From NCBI GenBank assembly GCA_013115145.1, contig JAAPAO010000123.1:1-64000 (forward strand): a DNA stretch of 64,000 bases, in the 5' to 3' direction. The notes beneath the pieces are model-generated. The model was not told where the DNA came from. It was given only the letters and a program-made list of their open reading frames with translations, and made no database searches. Made by a program: the position numbers and the translations under genes. The stretch comes from Perkinsus chesapeaki ATCC PRA-425. Taxonomy: Eukaryota > Protista > Perkinsozoa. Position 1 is the stretch's first letter. Each line of letters begins with the position of its first letter. Below, piece after piece: positions 40,253-51,991 of this stretch.

Positions 40253-41187
40253 TCACGCTTGTGCTGCCACACTGGCGTGTTTGTCAGCATAGATCTGTTG
40301 GGCGAGTTGATGATTCTCATAGGTGATGACAGGGTTGCTGAAGAAGTGTGCGACAGGCTCGCGATGGTGATGGTTGAGCGCATCCTCGTCCCGGATGATG
40401 GCCTTATGTTGCTCTCTCTCCAAGGTGCAGGCAGGAAGGTCGTACTTCTTCACCCTGTTAGCGTCGTCCAAGTTGAACTCGTCGTGCATGGTGCCAAGGT
40501 CGTGGGCGGTGCAGTTTTCACGATGGCCTAGATACTCATCGGCCTTGCTCTTCTCCCAAACAAGTTGGTCGAAGCGCCCCTTGTTAGCATAGCCAGGCTT
40601 GCCACGAGGGGGATAAGCCGTGACCGTTTTCTCAATAGCAGAGCCATCATATGCCTCATTCGGCAGGCAAGCCGCCTTAGCGTGGTCGGGAAGGACGACT
40701 GGCTCTTGAGCTGGCTTCTGAGCACCAGGTTGGAGTCCCTTCGACAAAGTTGCTGGATGGTCATGTGCATACTGCAACTCTGATGAGGTCTCGTCACGAT
40801 GGGATACAACATCGACAGATTTGGGGACCTCAAAGGTCTGATGAGATAAACCAGATACGGGCTGTTGGTCTAACGGTAGTCGGGGTATCTGCGAAAGAAG
40901 CTAATCAAGCTAAGGACCGTCGAGGGGTAGTCGTCCTGAGCGGAGGATAACCAAGTGGCAAAAAGGCCCCTCGGGGAGAAGACGACTTGAGGCGTTACCT
41001 GTTCGTGAACGATAGCGCCCTTGACAGCATCATGTCTGTGCTCATTCTTCCTCTCAACATCCTCGACAGTCGGATAGGCCTGGAATGCAATGAGATCTTA
41101 ATGGTACAAGGGACGCCTAAATCAAGCGGCACTTGCCTGTCCAGTAGTGAGGGTATGAAAACGCTGCATGAAGTTCTCGCCGAACAT
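40253..41187 (-). CDS. Hypothetical hydrophilic protein
   Basis: MFGENFMQRFHTLTTGQ|AYPTVEDVERKNEHRHDAVKGAIVHEQ|...IPRLPLDQQ... leads into ORF 40253-40777. The first intron is GC-AG. Confidence 0.6.
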
Positions 41188-41409
41188 TCAGGAAATTTAG
41201 AAACAACGATAAGATATTAACTGAAAGGAGGCTGTGTAGTTGTACCCATCGCGGAGAGTTACCAGATCGGTCACGGTGCATTTTCAAGCTATGTACACGC
41301 GTGCCAGTTACGCGCGCACACCCGCAAAGCCCGTGGTCAGTCCCTCCCCGAACAACAAGATAGGAGAGCAGTTTCGGAGACCACAGTACACAAGGGGACT
41401 CGATGGTAC

Positions 41410-42796
41410 TCAAGGACTATCAGTCATAGCAAACCAATCACTCAAGGAGCGGACCATTTCTTCTTGACGAACTCCGGTGTGAAGATTGGAGTGGCCACCG
41501 CCCTTGATAAAAACAATTGTGTAATCAACGCCATCTACCGAGTCGCTCAAATCTTTGGCGTTTTGGGGGGATATCTGCCAGTCGGACAGGCCTGATAAAG
41601 GAAGCTCTCGGAGCAGCATTCGGCAAATCCTGGAAGATTTGCAAGCCAGCGCGGCTACTGAATTTTACCATGGAAGTTGATTATGGGGATCCCGGGGGCT
41701 TCGTAACGGAGCAGCTGTAGCTGTCGTTCAGTGTAATAATCGAAGCCAGTAGGGTCCTTCATCGCAGGTCTGAGAAAGCAGTGTGATTGGCCACGTACAA
41801 ACAGAGCCAAACGGACTCCATGAGTGATGCCAAAAGATGAGTTCTGATGCTAAGAGGAAGAAACCAAAGTGGTAGCGTCATGGGATGCTGGGCTGCTGTC
41901 TTGGTGAACTCTACGAATGTTGACTCTAGGATGCAGCCGGAAATCTGAGATGGTATGTCCGGGTACAAGGGGTCCTCGCCGCTGCGGAGAAGGCCTACCT
42001 TCCGTCCCTGGCCGATCATATACCGAGCAGCGTACAACGCTTGAGGACCTCCTAGGGAATGACCGTACAGATACATCGGTAACTAAAGCAGCTTCAGAGT
42101 AGAAGAAGGAAGGCAATAATTGGGAAGCCTTACTGTGCTGTTTCCCAGCATCTTTCCCGTCCAATCAACAACCGACTGGATATCTTCCAGCACACCACTG
42201 GTCCACGGTGTCCCCGTCGAATCGCCGTAACTGAAGATGGTGAGCAGGTTATCGGGGCATGCCTATTCGCCAGCAATTACCCTCTGAGGTCAAATGCAAC
42301 TACAACAGCGTGAAGCCTGTTGGCAAGCATCTTGTAAAGCTCCACCCGGTGGCCTTGGGCCCTGGTAGCCGCCTGGCCATGAAAGTATCTGCAAGTGCAA
42401 AGCGTCATCTCCAAGGATCTTCTGGGCCGTACATGATCGCTCGCTCAGGAGGCTTAGTTCCGTTATCTGCCGGTATCTAAGCGACGCAAGCAGTGCATCA
42501 CCTAGGGCAGGTACCAACTCACAAGCCAAAATCCCAGCGTTTCGTTTCCACTTTTAACTCGGTAGTTGCGGGCTCCACGGAGGCCGTCAGTAACTGCCGG
42601 ATCTGTCATGGGCCAGATGCTGTTGGGTACATGGGCGAAGTCAAGATGAATTAGCGACACAACTATGAGGTTGAAGTCGTATCTAATATGAGAGAAGCTG
42701 CATCCGGGGAGATGTCTCGCCCTACATTATGAATGAGAGCAAGGCTGCTATTAATGCAGTAAGAATGGCATATGGCCGACGCAGCAGCGAGCTCAT
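41410..42796 (-). CDS. ABHD12-like alpha/beta hydrolase, paralog B
   Basis: N-terminal TM, GARNYRV, YFHGQAATRAQGHRVELY, AFDLRGYGDSTG, nucleophile YLYGHSLGG, ILESTF, catalytic His in GGGHSN. Confidence 0.88.
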
Positions 42797-42880
42797 TGAA
42801 CTTGAACAAAAACAACTGTTACCGAGTTATGCCTTCCTTCGCCAACACAACTTGCTGAGCATTCGCAAGAACACCAGAGA

Positions 42881-44289
42881 TTAGTGGCGCGCCTCAGTGG
42901 ATGTAAACCACGCTTGAAGAGCTGCTAGGAACTGCATTCCTTGAGGAGGATAGATAAGCGTGCTGTGGCCGCCGCCAGGAATGGAGACCTTTGTGTAGTT
43001 CACATTGTCCACCGAGTCGGCTAGTTGGTCCATGGAGTGTGGGGATACTTCCCAGTCTTTCGTTCCTAAGAAATGACAGAGTTTGGTGGGGCCTCGAACT
43101 TGGAAGAACCGGGCTGAGCTCTAGACAGGGGAGGTATCGGAGCCTCACCGTGGAAGTTAATAATGGGCACCGACGGGTCCAGCTTGCGTAAGTCTTGGAG
43201 AAGCCGACTAGTGTCAAAACGGAAGTCTGATCCCTTAAGGGCAAACCTGAAGGATTAGCTCCGCGCCTGGAAGGGTGAGGGGCTCTCACCCGAAACCCCA
43301 ACGAATAATATCAAGTCTAACTGATCTTGGCAGTATCCACATGAACCACGTCGAAATATGGTCTGCAGCAACATCCTCGAAAGTGGGGAAGGTGGCCTCG
43401 AGGACCACACCGGTGACCTAAGGATTTGCTTCAAGGTAGCTGAACACTCTGATCGCGCCTAACCTTCTGGCCTCTGCTCAGTGCGTGAATGCCAGCATAA
43501 ACAGCTTGAGGGCCTCCTAGGGAATGTCCGTACACATAAAGGGGCAACTAGTAACACCCAACAGGTAGCCAAGGGACGGTTTGGAGCCAGCTACATCCAG
43601 TTTTCGCGCAACATTATCGATTGCCCAGTCTGTAACGGTTTTGATGTCCTGAGAGAAGCCTTCTATATAAGGGAAGCCAGTGGAATCGCCGTAACTGATG
43701 AGAACGACTTAGGTAGCGCAATAAACAGATATCGACGGTGCACCCGCGCAGGTCGGCAGTAACAACGTGACAATCCATGTCCCTCGACAAATGACGATAA
43801 AGCTCAACTCGGTGCCCATGCTCTCTAGAACCAGCTTGACCGTGAAAGTAACTGCCAAAGTAGCGGCAACAATATGGGGCAGTACGTATGTGCAACCATA
43901 GAAAAAACTTACACTATAACACGCTTTCCTTTGGTTCCACTGGCTGGGGGGACCTGAAACGCAGTTCACGAAAATTGCTAGTGACCCAGAAAAGACGTAC
44001 GTGCCACAGGCCTAGCACAGCGTCTCCACTTTGAACTCGATAATTGCGAGCGCCAGCCAGACCGAAGTCCCTCTCAGGATTGTCCATCGGCCAGATGCTG
44101 GCTGGCCAGTGCACAAAGTGCAAATGAATGAGACCCGTTACCACTGTGGTGGGGTCGTATCTGCCTTGTGATGGATGGATGCGTGGTAGTGGCGTCTTAC
44201 AGGACCCATGCTACGAAGACCGACAGGGTGATGAGCAAGAGGGATGCTATCTTGCGATCAGGTTTTTCCTTAGAGGACACTTTTGACAT
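42881..44289 (-). CDS. ABHD12-like alpha/beta hydrolase, paralog A
   Basis: N-terminal TM, GARNYRV, YFHGQAGSREHGHRVELY, TADLRGYGDSTG, YVYGHSLGG, VLEATF, GGGHST. TAA at 42881-42883. Confidence 0.88.
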
Positions 44290-44647
44290 CGGGTTCCATA
44301 AACACAAAAAACGCTAGAGTGACAGCGGATAATCGAAAGCGTCATTGGAGATGGTGCAATGCTGACGCTCGTATCTCATCGAAGCGAAGCCCCTGTCTCT
44401 TACTACTAAGGAAGTCTCTACAACTACAGTACAGTATAGACACTTTAGGCTCCCAGTCGTGATGGTGTTAGAGAGACTTGATTGTAAACTGCTGCGTTCT
44501 ACTAACTCAACATGTGACGGTGAAAAATATACGTGCGCAGTGTAACAATATGGACATCATAATAACCATCACTAGCGGGAGGTGCCAGAAACAGCAGCAT
44601 CAGCATGCATTCACGACTTGCCGTGTACAAAACTCGAGCGGGATGTT

Positions 44648-46865
44648 CTATCGTAGAGGCCCTGTTGGACGCAACGAGTCCACCATCAATGGCCTCTCTT
44701 GCGCCCCTGACATCGGTGATCGTGCATCATGGTGTTCAGTATCCACAGACATGCACACGATACCAATGCAAGCTAGAGTTAATGCCAGCATAAAGCAAGC
44801 AAGATTCTTCGGCACCTGACGGCAATGATGCAACTGATGATGGAGGATGCAAGAAAAGCTGAATATCTTTTCGAATGGAAGCTTCCAAGAATCCATAGGA
44901 AATAATATGACGCATCCGAAAGTTACAGCACCAAAGAGACCCTCAGTCTTAACCTGTGATCAGGTCCAAAATCTACGGGAAATAATAGTAAGAGAACAGA
45001 GCGGTGTCAGTAAAACTGACTAAGTATGCTCAATCGGACCCTCAGCATCTTAACGTTGGACGACTTACTTCACGGAAGCATGCCGCCCCAAATGATACCA
45101 TGAAAAGCATTAGTAGGATCTGATATGGTGGGATGCACACAACTGCATCGAATTGCCTCATCATCCACGACATAAATGTTAACTGCATCAGCGATGATGC
45201 TATCACCACACTGAAGCACAGATAGGGCTGGTAGGCTGAGGGACGATGGGCGTGCCAGATCGAAAACTATCCAAAGAGCTACCTGACAAGCCGTCCATTG
45301 CAATGTACTGAGCACCGAACTTCCCGGCCAGGGCAGTTACCGCTGACTGGTAGCCCCCTAGGAAGGCCAGTGCTAGGAGAGCCACTGCCCGACGCCCACG
45401 ACGCTTCTGCACCTACTCGAGTTGAATGTGATCCGCATCATCTACGGCGAGCTACTACCTGGGCTTGGCTGACGGGTATGTGATCATCAATGGCAACGTG
45501 TGCTCTCATAGACCACCTAGATACCGAAAAGGACAGCAAATAGAAGGGAAAAGTAATCCCTGAAATGGGGATGAACAGGATAAGGGTGAACGTTGCTATA
45601 CGAGAGGGCATGATTTCTCACCAACGAAGGTAATAAACCTTGCACTCGACAGCAATGCTGTTATATTCTGATCAGATCCACCATCATCCGAGGAACCAAA
45701 CGCCATGGCAGCGACGGCACCGATTACGATAAGGATGGAACCGATTGTCTGAAAGGAACAGTGTCAAACTAATACCTTCGGGAGCCCCGCACGACGCCGC
45801 GGAGAGATACGCCTAAATTAGAAAGGCCGTAATGATCCAGTGAATATCAGTCTTACGGAATGGGGGTGCGCGCAAGGGGCAGCTCGTTAAACGCTTGCAT
45901 CAAACAAGGTCACGTATTTACCAATATTAAGCCATTCAATAGAAAAGTATGTGGGTTAAGGTGATCGCTGTGTCGCGAGATATTAATAGGCTACTAAACT
46001 GCGTATCATATTAAATTGAAAAAAATGGTGGGAGGACGATCTTTTAAAAAAATCCCCAAAAAGTTTTTTGGACTCACTTGTGCTCGTGATAGACCTTCCC
46101 CCAGCATCACTCTCGCTACAGCTGCATTAGCAGGCACTGTTAAACCAGATGAGCAAGCACGGATTGACATAGATATATACACCAGAGACCAGAAGTCAAA
46201 AACAGCTGATAATATATAGAATACCACTGCCAGTCTGAGAGGAAGGAGCAAGTCAATTAACCATCCGATGGCATCCACTTAGCAGCAAGTACAACATAAA
46301 TATGAGACAGTACAGTTGCATTACTAGTGATATATTAAAGTAACGGTAAAGGGAACCAATATATTGACATTATTCTAACCAACCTGCAAGCCTAGTCTTA
46401 CAGCCACAGTGGCGAATTTATTGCTGTTAGTGATAGTGTGAGCAACAACCACATAGCGGGACTGACCATAATATATCCACGAAGTAGCTAGTATGAGCCG
46501 AATTAACGCTCGTGTGAAGGCGAAGGAGCAGGAAGCTAAGGAATTTCGGGGAGCCTTCTTATCTTCCGAGGTATGAATCTTCGTTGAGTCTGTGGTGGCT
46601 TAACCCCACCTACATTCCTGACTTCTAAGTGTGACCCGACTACTACCCGACAATCTTCCGCCTATAGACAGGCGGCGGCTCCCAAGGGTCCATATCCATC
46701 AGAATCATCTGTTGAACTTTAGCCTCGATACGTAGAGCATCCAACTTCATAAGGGAGTTAGCAATAGCTGTTACGACACAAGATGTAAGACAGAGGATGC
46801 CTGACAGATGCGGGGACTACACACTATTTTAGCCAGCAACCTAACACCAGTTGACGAGGGTACAT
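44648..46865 (-). CDS. NIPA-like (DMT superfamily) Mg2+ transporter
   Basis: MYPRQLVL|GILCLTSCVVTAIANSLMK...PVYRRKIVG|LAVVFYILSAVFDFWSLVY...PANAAVARVMLGEGLSRAQ|TIGSILIVIGAVAAMAFGS...FLGGYQSAVTALAGK...LACIGIVC follows the NIPA TM order. Confidence 0.65.
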
Positions 46866-47020
46866 TAGAATATGTTGTTACGATAGTAAAGTATATAGTT
46901 ACTAGGATACCTTAGTATTGATCGTTAGCAGTTTTATGATGCAATCGATGTGAAGTGGGGGGGCATTCTATATTACAAAGATTAACATGTGCCACGATCA
47001 GCCACTTCGGTTGGTTCCCC

Positions 47021-48175
47021 TCAGTATTGCGAGAAACTGCCCTCGAGCACTCGAGGATGCAAGGATAGGGACATTCTCGGCAGAAATGCCACCGTCACAG
47101 ATGAGCAAGTGATGAGCTTGATCTTCCTCATGTAGTCCTGTAAAAGGCCCCGTGTGAGTGCCCATTTAATCGAAAACTATTGTAAGTACCGGATTGCAGC
47201 CATATAGTTCGAAACTATGAGTTTCTTAGCCTGTGGGTTTTCGGCAATGTTGCCGATTTCAGACAACCGTCACGCCCCTATTACATCCCAGTGCCAGATG
47301 CTTAACCTCTGGTATTGGTGGCTGAGCCCTAGGAAACGAGTATCCAAACGCTGCCCATGCTGCACCGAAGGGGGTGAAGGCTGATGTTGATGATGATGCT
47401 ATTGAAAACCAACCGGATCCTTGCATAGGTCTCGAGGATTTAAAAAATCTGCCTACCAAAGCATCGCCTCGGGCTGCTGTGTGACGGTAGAACTGAACTC
47501 GAGAGTGGTGGCATTGAAACCTTGTGTGTCATGTTACATGCATGGGAGATTGTCATGATTCTCCTTCGAGCCTCGGTAGGTAGTTAATGCTGAGAACCTG
47601 AGGGGTAGTGGCCCAATGACGAGTTAAGAGAGAGTGGTACAATGCATCCACCAGCAATAAGGAAGCTGCAGCTCACCCACTGATTGCTGCCAGTGGCCGC
47701 TACGAACCTGATAATGGGTTTTCTGGTTTTTCTATCAGAATGCTTCATAGCACCTTTCCCAGCCGGGCGGCGCTGCTGCTGCCTCTCTCGAGTCGAATGT
47801 TGCTATCATAACTATGAGCCCTATTGCCAGCAATGACACACCGCAGAGGAAAATATAGATGGAGCGACCCGCCTAAAAGATACCGCGGAGGTCGAATATC
47901 TGCTAGGATGCTTCCCAGGCCTGAAGTTTCCTCAGTGAGCTTTGGAAGAGACCACAGAACGAGACCAAAAATTTTGCAACGGTTGCCAGCGGAATTGATT
48001 TCTGTGAAGTACTGAAGTGAAAGAGGTGTTCGTTGATGCTGAGAGGGATTATTTTGCATTAAGCCACCCTGTCAGATATCTCTTAGGGATTCATTCACAG
48101 TCTCACCTGGAAGAACTGGAATACATTAGTAACGACAGCCTCTTTTAGATCGGAGATGAGTTGGCCGACTTTCAT
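47021..48175 (-). CDS. Hypothetical membrane protein (structure unresolved)
   Basis: GT-AG-bounded segments FLCGVSLLAIGLIVMIATFDSRE, GFNATTLEFSS and IGNIAENPQAKKLIVSNY. Confidence 0.3.
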
Positions 48176-48580
48176 TGACAATTCAACATACTAGAGGGGT
48201 TCTTGGGGTCGCGATGGTTATATCGTGAACAGTGAAGGTTAGAACGGATCATGCAAGGTCGAACCTAGCGTATCTTAGGCTACAGAGTCATTGCTGAGGA
48301 AGTGAATAAGACACTTCTAGTATAGGAAGCGACAGCACAGATGGTGGGGGTTGAAAGTTATATTGTGATAGATCTATGCACCGCATATCAGGGCCTAAAT
48401 AAAACAGCCCACCGAAAAGACTCAATGATCAATGTGTTGAGGAGATGAGTTCCCCGAGCGTTACGGAATTATAAGGACGCGCAAGATTGCAAGAGATGAG
48501 ACCCGAGAGGGAATGCTGAGGAGGGGTGTGTGGTTCTGACTAGTATTACTGAAGTAGTTGTTGTTCGTTCCCCTGCTACA

Positions 48581-51063
48581 ATGACGAACCCTAAGCAGGC
48601 TAATAGGAAGAAGGCGTTCAAAAAGGTAAGGAACATCATAGGGGAAATTCAATCCTTGCTGCAGAAGGCGGATCCTAGTGAAGCCAAGGAGCGTCGGGAG
48701 GAAGAGATCAAGCAGCAACGGAAAGAGGAAAAGGAGGAGAAAATAGCTGCTGCACGCCAGGCTGCCGGTAAGGGTCTTCCACAGTGGAGTGCGGGGTTGC
48801 TAGGGTGTGGTGATCAGATGAGGAGCCAGAAGCCTCAAATGCAGCTGAAGTCGAGGAGGTAGTGCGGGAGGGTCGAAATGGTAATAATTGTGGCGCGGTG
48901 AACAGGTGGCACCTGCTGGCAAGAAGGGATTCTTCTCCGATAAGAAGTTCACTGATCTCCAAATCTGTGATCCCCTCAAGGAAGCTCTCACTGCGTGCAA
49001 TTTCACCACTATGACGGATATCCAAGCCAAAGCCATACCGCTCATGCTGAAGGGAAAGGATGTACAGCGATTGCCTACTTTACAAGTTAATATTATCGAT
49101 GACAGGTTTTGGGGGCTGCTAAGACAGGTTCAGGAAAGACCCTTGCCTTCCTTGTCCCTGCTTTGGAGCTTCTGGTAGCAACTCGGTTCCAGCCTAAAAA
49201 CGGTAGGCATTCAAGAAAGAGGGAGTTTGTTATTAAATATAGGTACGGGTGTGATGGTTATCTCTCCTACTCGTGAGCTCGCTATGCAGATCTTCGACGT
49301 TTGCAAAAGGGTAGTGTCTCCGTATGGGGCTCGGGACGCATCATCGTTTCTGTTGTAGTTGGTGGATGCCACGAAGCTTTCTCAAACCTATGGGATAGTG
49401 ATGGGAGGCGTCAATAGGGAAAACGAAGCTGACAAGCTGTCGAGGGGAATCAATATTCTCAGTAATAGTAAAGGAGCGGAGGAAGCGAGTGGCAGTCTGT
49501 GTGGTGTGTTGTAGTTGCCACCCCGGGAAGGTTGCTGGACCATCTCCAGAACACTAGAGGATTTGTTTATGCCAACCTTATGAGCTTGGTGATAGATGAG
49601 GCTGATAGGATACTTCAGATTGGTAGTGGACAGGAGGGAGGGGGATTTTGAGGCGCGCTGGAATTAGGTTTCGAGGAGGACATGAACCAGATATTGAAGA
49701 TACTGCCTAAGAAGAGACAGACCTCGCTGTTCTCAGCCACTCAGACTCAGAAGGTAAGAAGAGGATGATTTGGCGAAAAGTTGGTATGACTGGGATATTC
49801 AGGTTAATGATCTCGCGAGGCTCTCCCTTAAGAAGCCGATCTTCGTACAAAGCAAGGGAGCTGACGATGTACTATAGGGAGGTGTTTTGGATGATCGCAG
49901 CAAAGCAGATTCTATTGTCTTGTAGGACGCCGCAACTTCGACGGCATCGGGCCTAGTCCAGGGTTATGTTGTAGTGAGCGGAGATGATCGCCTTAGACTG
50001 CTATTCACGTTCCTTAAGAAGAATCAGAAGAAGAAGGTAATTGAAGCGGCTGACTGTAGGGATGATGGTTCCTGTGTGGTCAGGTTATGGTATTCTTTTC
50101 TTCATGCAACTCGGTGAAGTTCCACGATGAGCTCCTCAACTACATTGACATTCCAGGTGAGAGAGATGAAGGATTAAGAGGATGTTGAGGTGTGTTGATC
50201 AGTTATATCCATCCATGGCCAAAAGAAGCAGTCAGCTCGTATGACCAACTTCTATAGGTTTTGTCAGATGGAATCTGGCATACTGCTATGTAGGGGAAGA
50301 GGAGGCCTTGTCTGGTCGTGATTTGTGGAAAAATCGGTATGAGCTAGGTACGGATGTAGCTGCTAGAGGCTTGGATATTCCCAAGGTTGACTGGATTGTC
50401 CAGTACGATCCCCCGGATGATCCGAAGGTAAGCTGATTCCCACCTACAAGGTGTAGCTGAGACGGTTTAGGAATACATCCATCGTGTGGGACGTACCGCT
50501 CGTGGCGCTGAGGGTACCGGAAAGGCCCTCCTGTTCCTGATGCCTGAGGAGCTAGGCTTCCTACGGTAGTAGTAGCTTCGGGGTACTAGTGGGAAGCGGC
50601 GAGAGATGAGTGGGTTAGATACTTGCGAAAGTCTGGTGTTACCACTCTTAACGAGTACGTCTTTCCTCCGGCGAAGATCGCCAATATCCAGCATCAACTG
50701 GAGAAGCTGGTGGAGACCAACTATCATTTACATCGGGCCAGCAGGGATGCGTATCGGTCCTATCTACACGCCTATTCGGCACACGCTTCTAAGGACTGCT
50801 TCGACGTCCACTCGCTGGACCTTCAAAAACTGGCCAAGTGCTTCGGATTCGCGGTGCCGCCGAAGGTTGATTTGAATCTTAAGGATACGAAGAAGAGCGA
50901 TAGGTGAGTGGACGGCGGAAAGGGAAGTGTTTTGCAACGATTGTGTTTTAGAGGGAGGAAGATGGTGAAGGCCGGCAGGTTCAATAAGGGAGTGGGCAGC
51001 TTTAGTGCAAGCAATCCTTATGGGAAGAAGTCTAATGGGGACAAGAGACAATTTACCATGTGA
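48581..51063 (+). CDS. HAS1: DEAD-box helicase HAS1/DDX18
   Basis: [84 protein letters not shown], and C-terminal AYRSYLHAY...[11 protein letters not shown]. Confidence 0.96.
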
Positions 51064-51368
51064 TGGAGAAGCACTACATAATGTTACCGTTGTTCCTCGA
51101 ACTCCTCTTCCTCTTCACGTACTTAATATCTGTATCTAGTATAGCTAGGCCTTCCGAACTACACTGTTTCCACTACCACGTCATCCTTCCTATTTCGGAC
51201 AGTTGTGTTGAGAGGGTGATGAGATGGTGATGAATCGGGAACCTTACGGCAATGGTCATCATTGATGGCGATGCATGTGTGCTGACCTACTAACACTACA
51301 CTTGATCTGAATCTCAATAGTGGATATTTCGTGGTGGTCATTTTGTTTTTTTCTTAGTTTATAATAAA

Positions 51369-51646
51369 ATGTTGAGCTCGTCGTGGAACGCTCAGACGTG
51401 GGCCGGTGCAATATTATTCTTGGTGCTCATTGTAGGGCTGCTGGCAGTAGGTCGAGGGTTGGTTAAGGAAGCGGTAGTAAGGGACTTGGGAAGCTTTCTG
51501 GCTCCCTCTAGTGGGGCTCGTTTGCTATTGCACTGCTTGCCGGTTTGGAAGTAGGGTTGTTATTTAGGGTGCTCTGAAGGAGGCACGGAAGCGTTTTCTG
51601 AATGCTCCGCTGATCAAAGGAGCTATTTGCAAAAATGTCTGAATAA
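51369..51646 (+). CDS. Candidate 47-aa hydrophobic micro-protein (3 exons)
   Basis: Introns 51447-51511 and 51551-51619 give MLSSSWNAQTWAGAILFLVLIVGLLAWGSFAIALLAGLEELFAKMSE*. Confidence 0.3.
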
Positions 51647-51991
51647 GGCGGCCGCGGCGGTGGCGGCAGCATGGAGATACTCATCCAGCGGAAAGCCGTG
51701 CACGGTGATGATGTTGCTGATGCAGTTGAGGAGTATAATCTTAATGTGCACTGTGGACCGATACCAAAGAAGATTTTGTAACACAACCTACTATTAGAAT
51801 ATCAAACTTGTTTTGGTGGATTGCGTTGGTATAGCTTAGACGGCCATCGGCTGGGCTCGAAATTGAGCTATTAAACTACAGCCGGTACAGGCTGTAGAGC
51901 TGAATGGGGGGCGGGAATCTTGCAAGGTTCATTGGTTATTCTATTTAAGGGTATTGTGGTTGTTTTATTAACCAAACCATCAGCCTTATCA

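Noticed and set aside
51508-51786. Minus-strand ORF resembling a mitochondrial presequence
   Set aside because: No recognisable domain or spliced continuation follows it.
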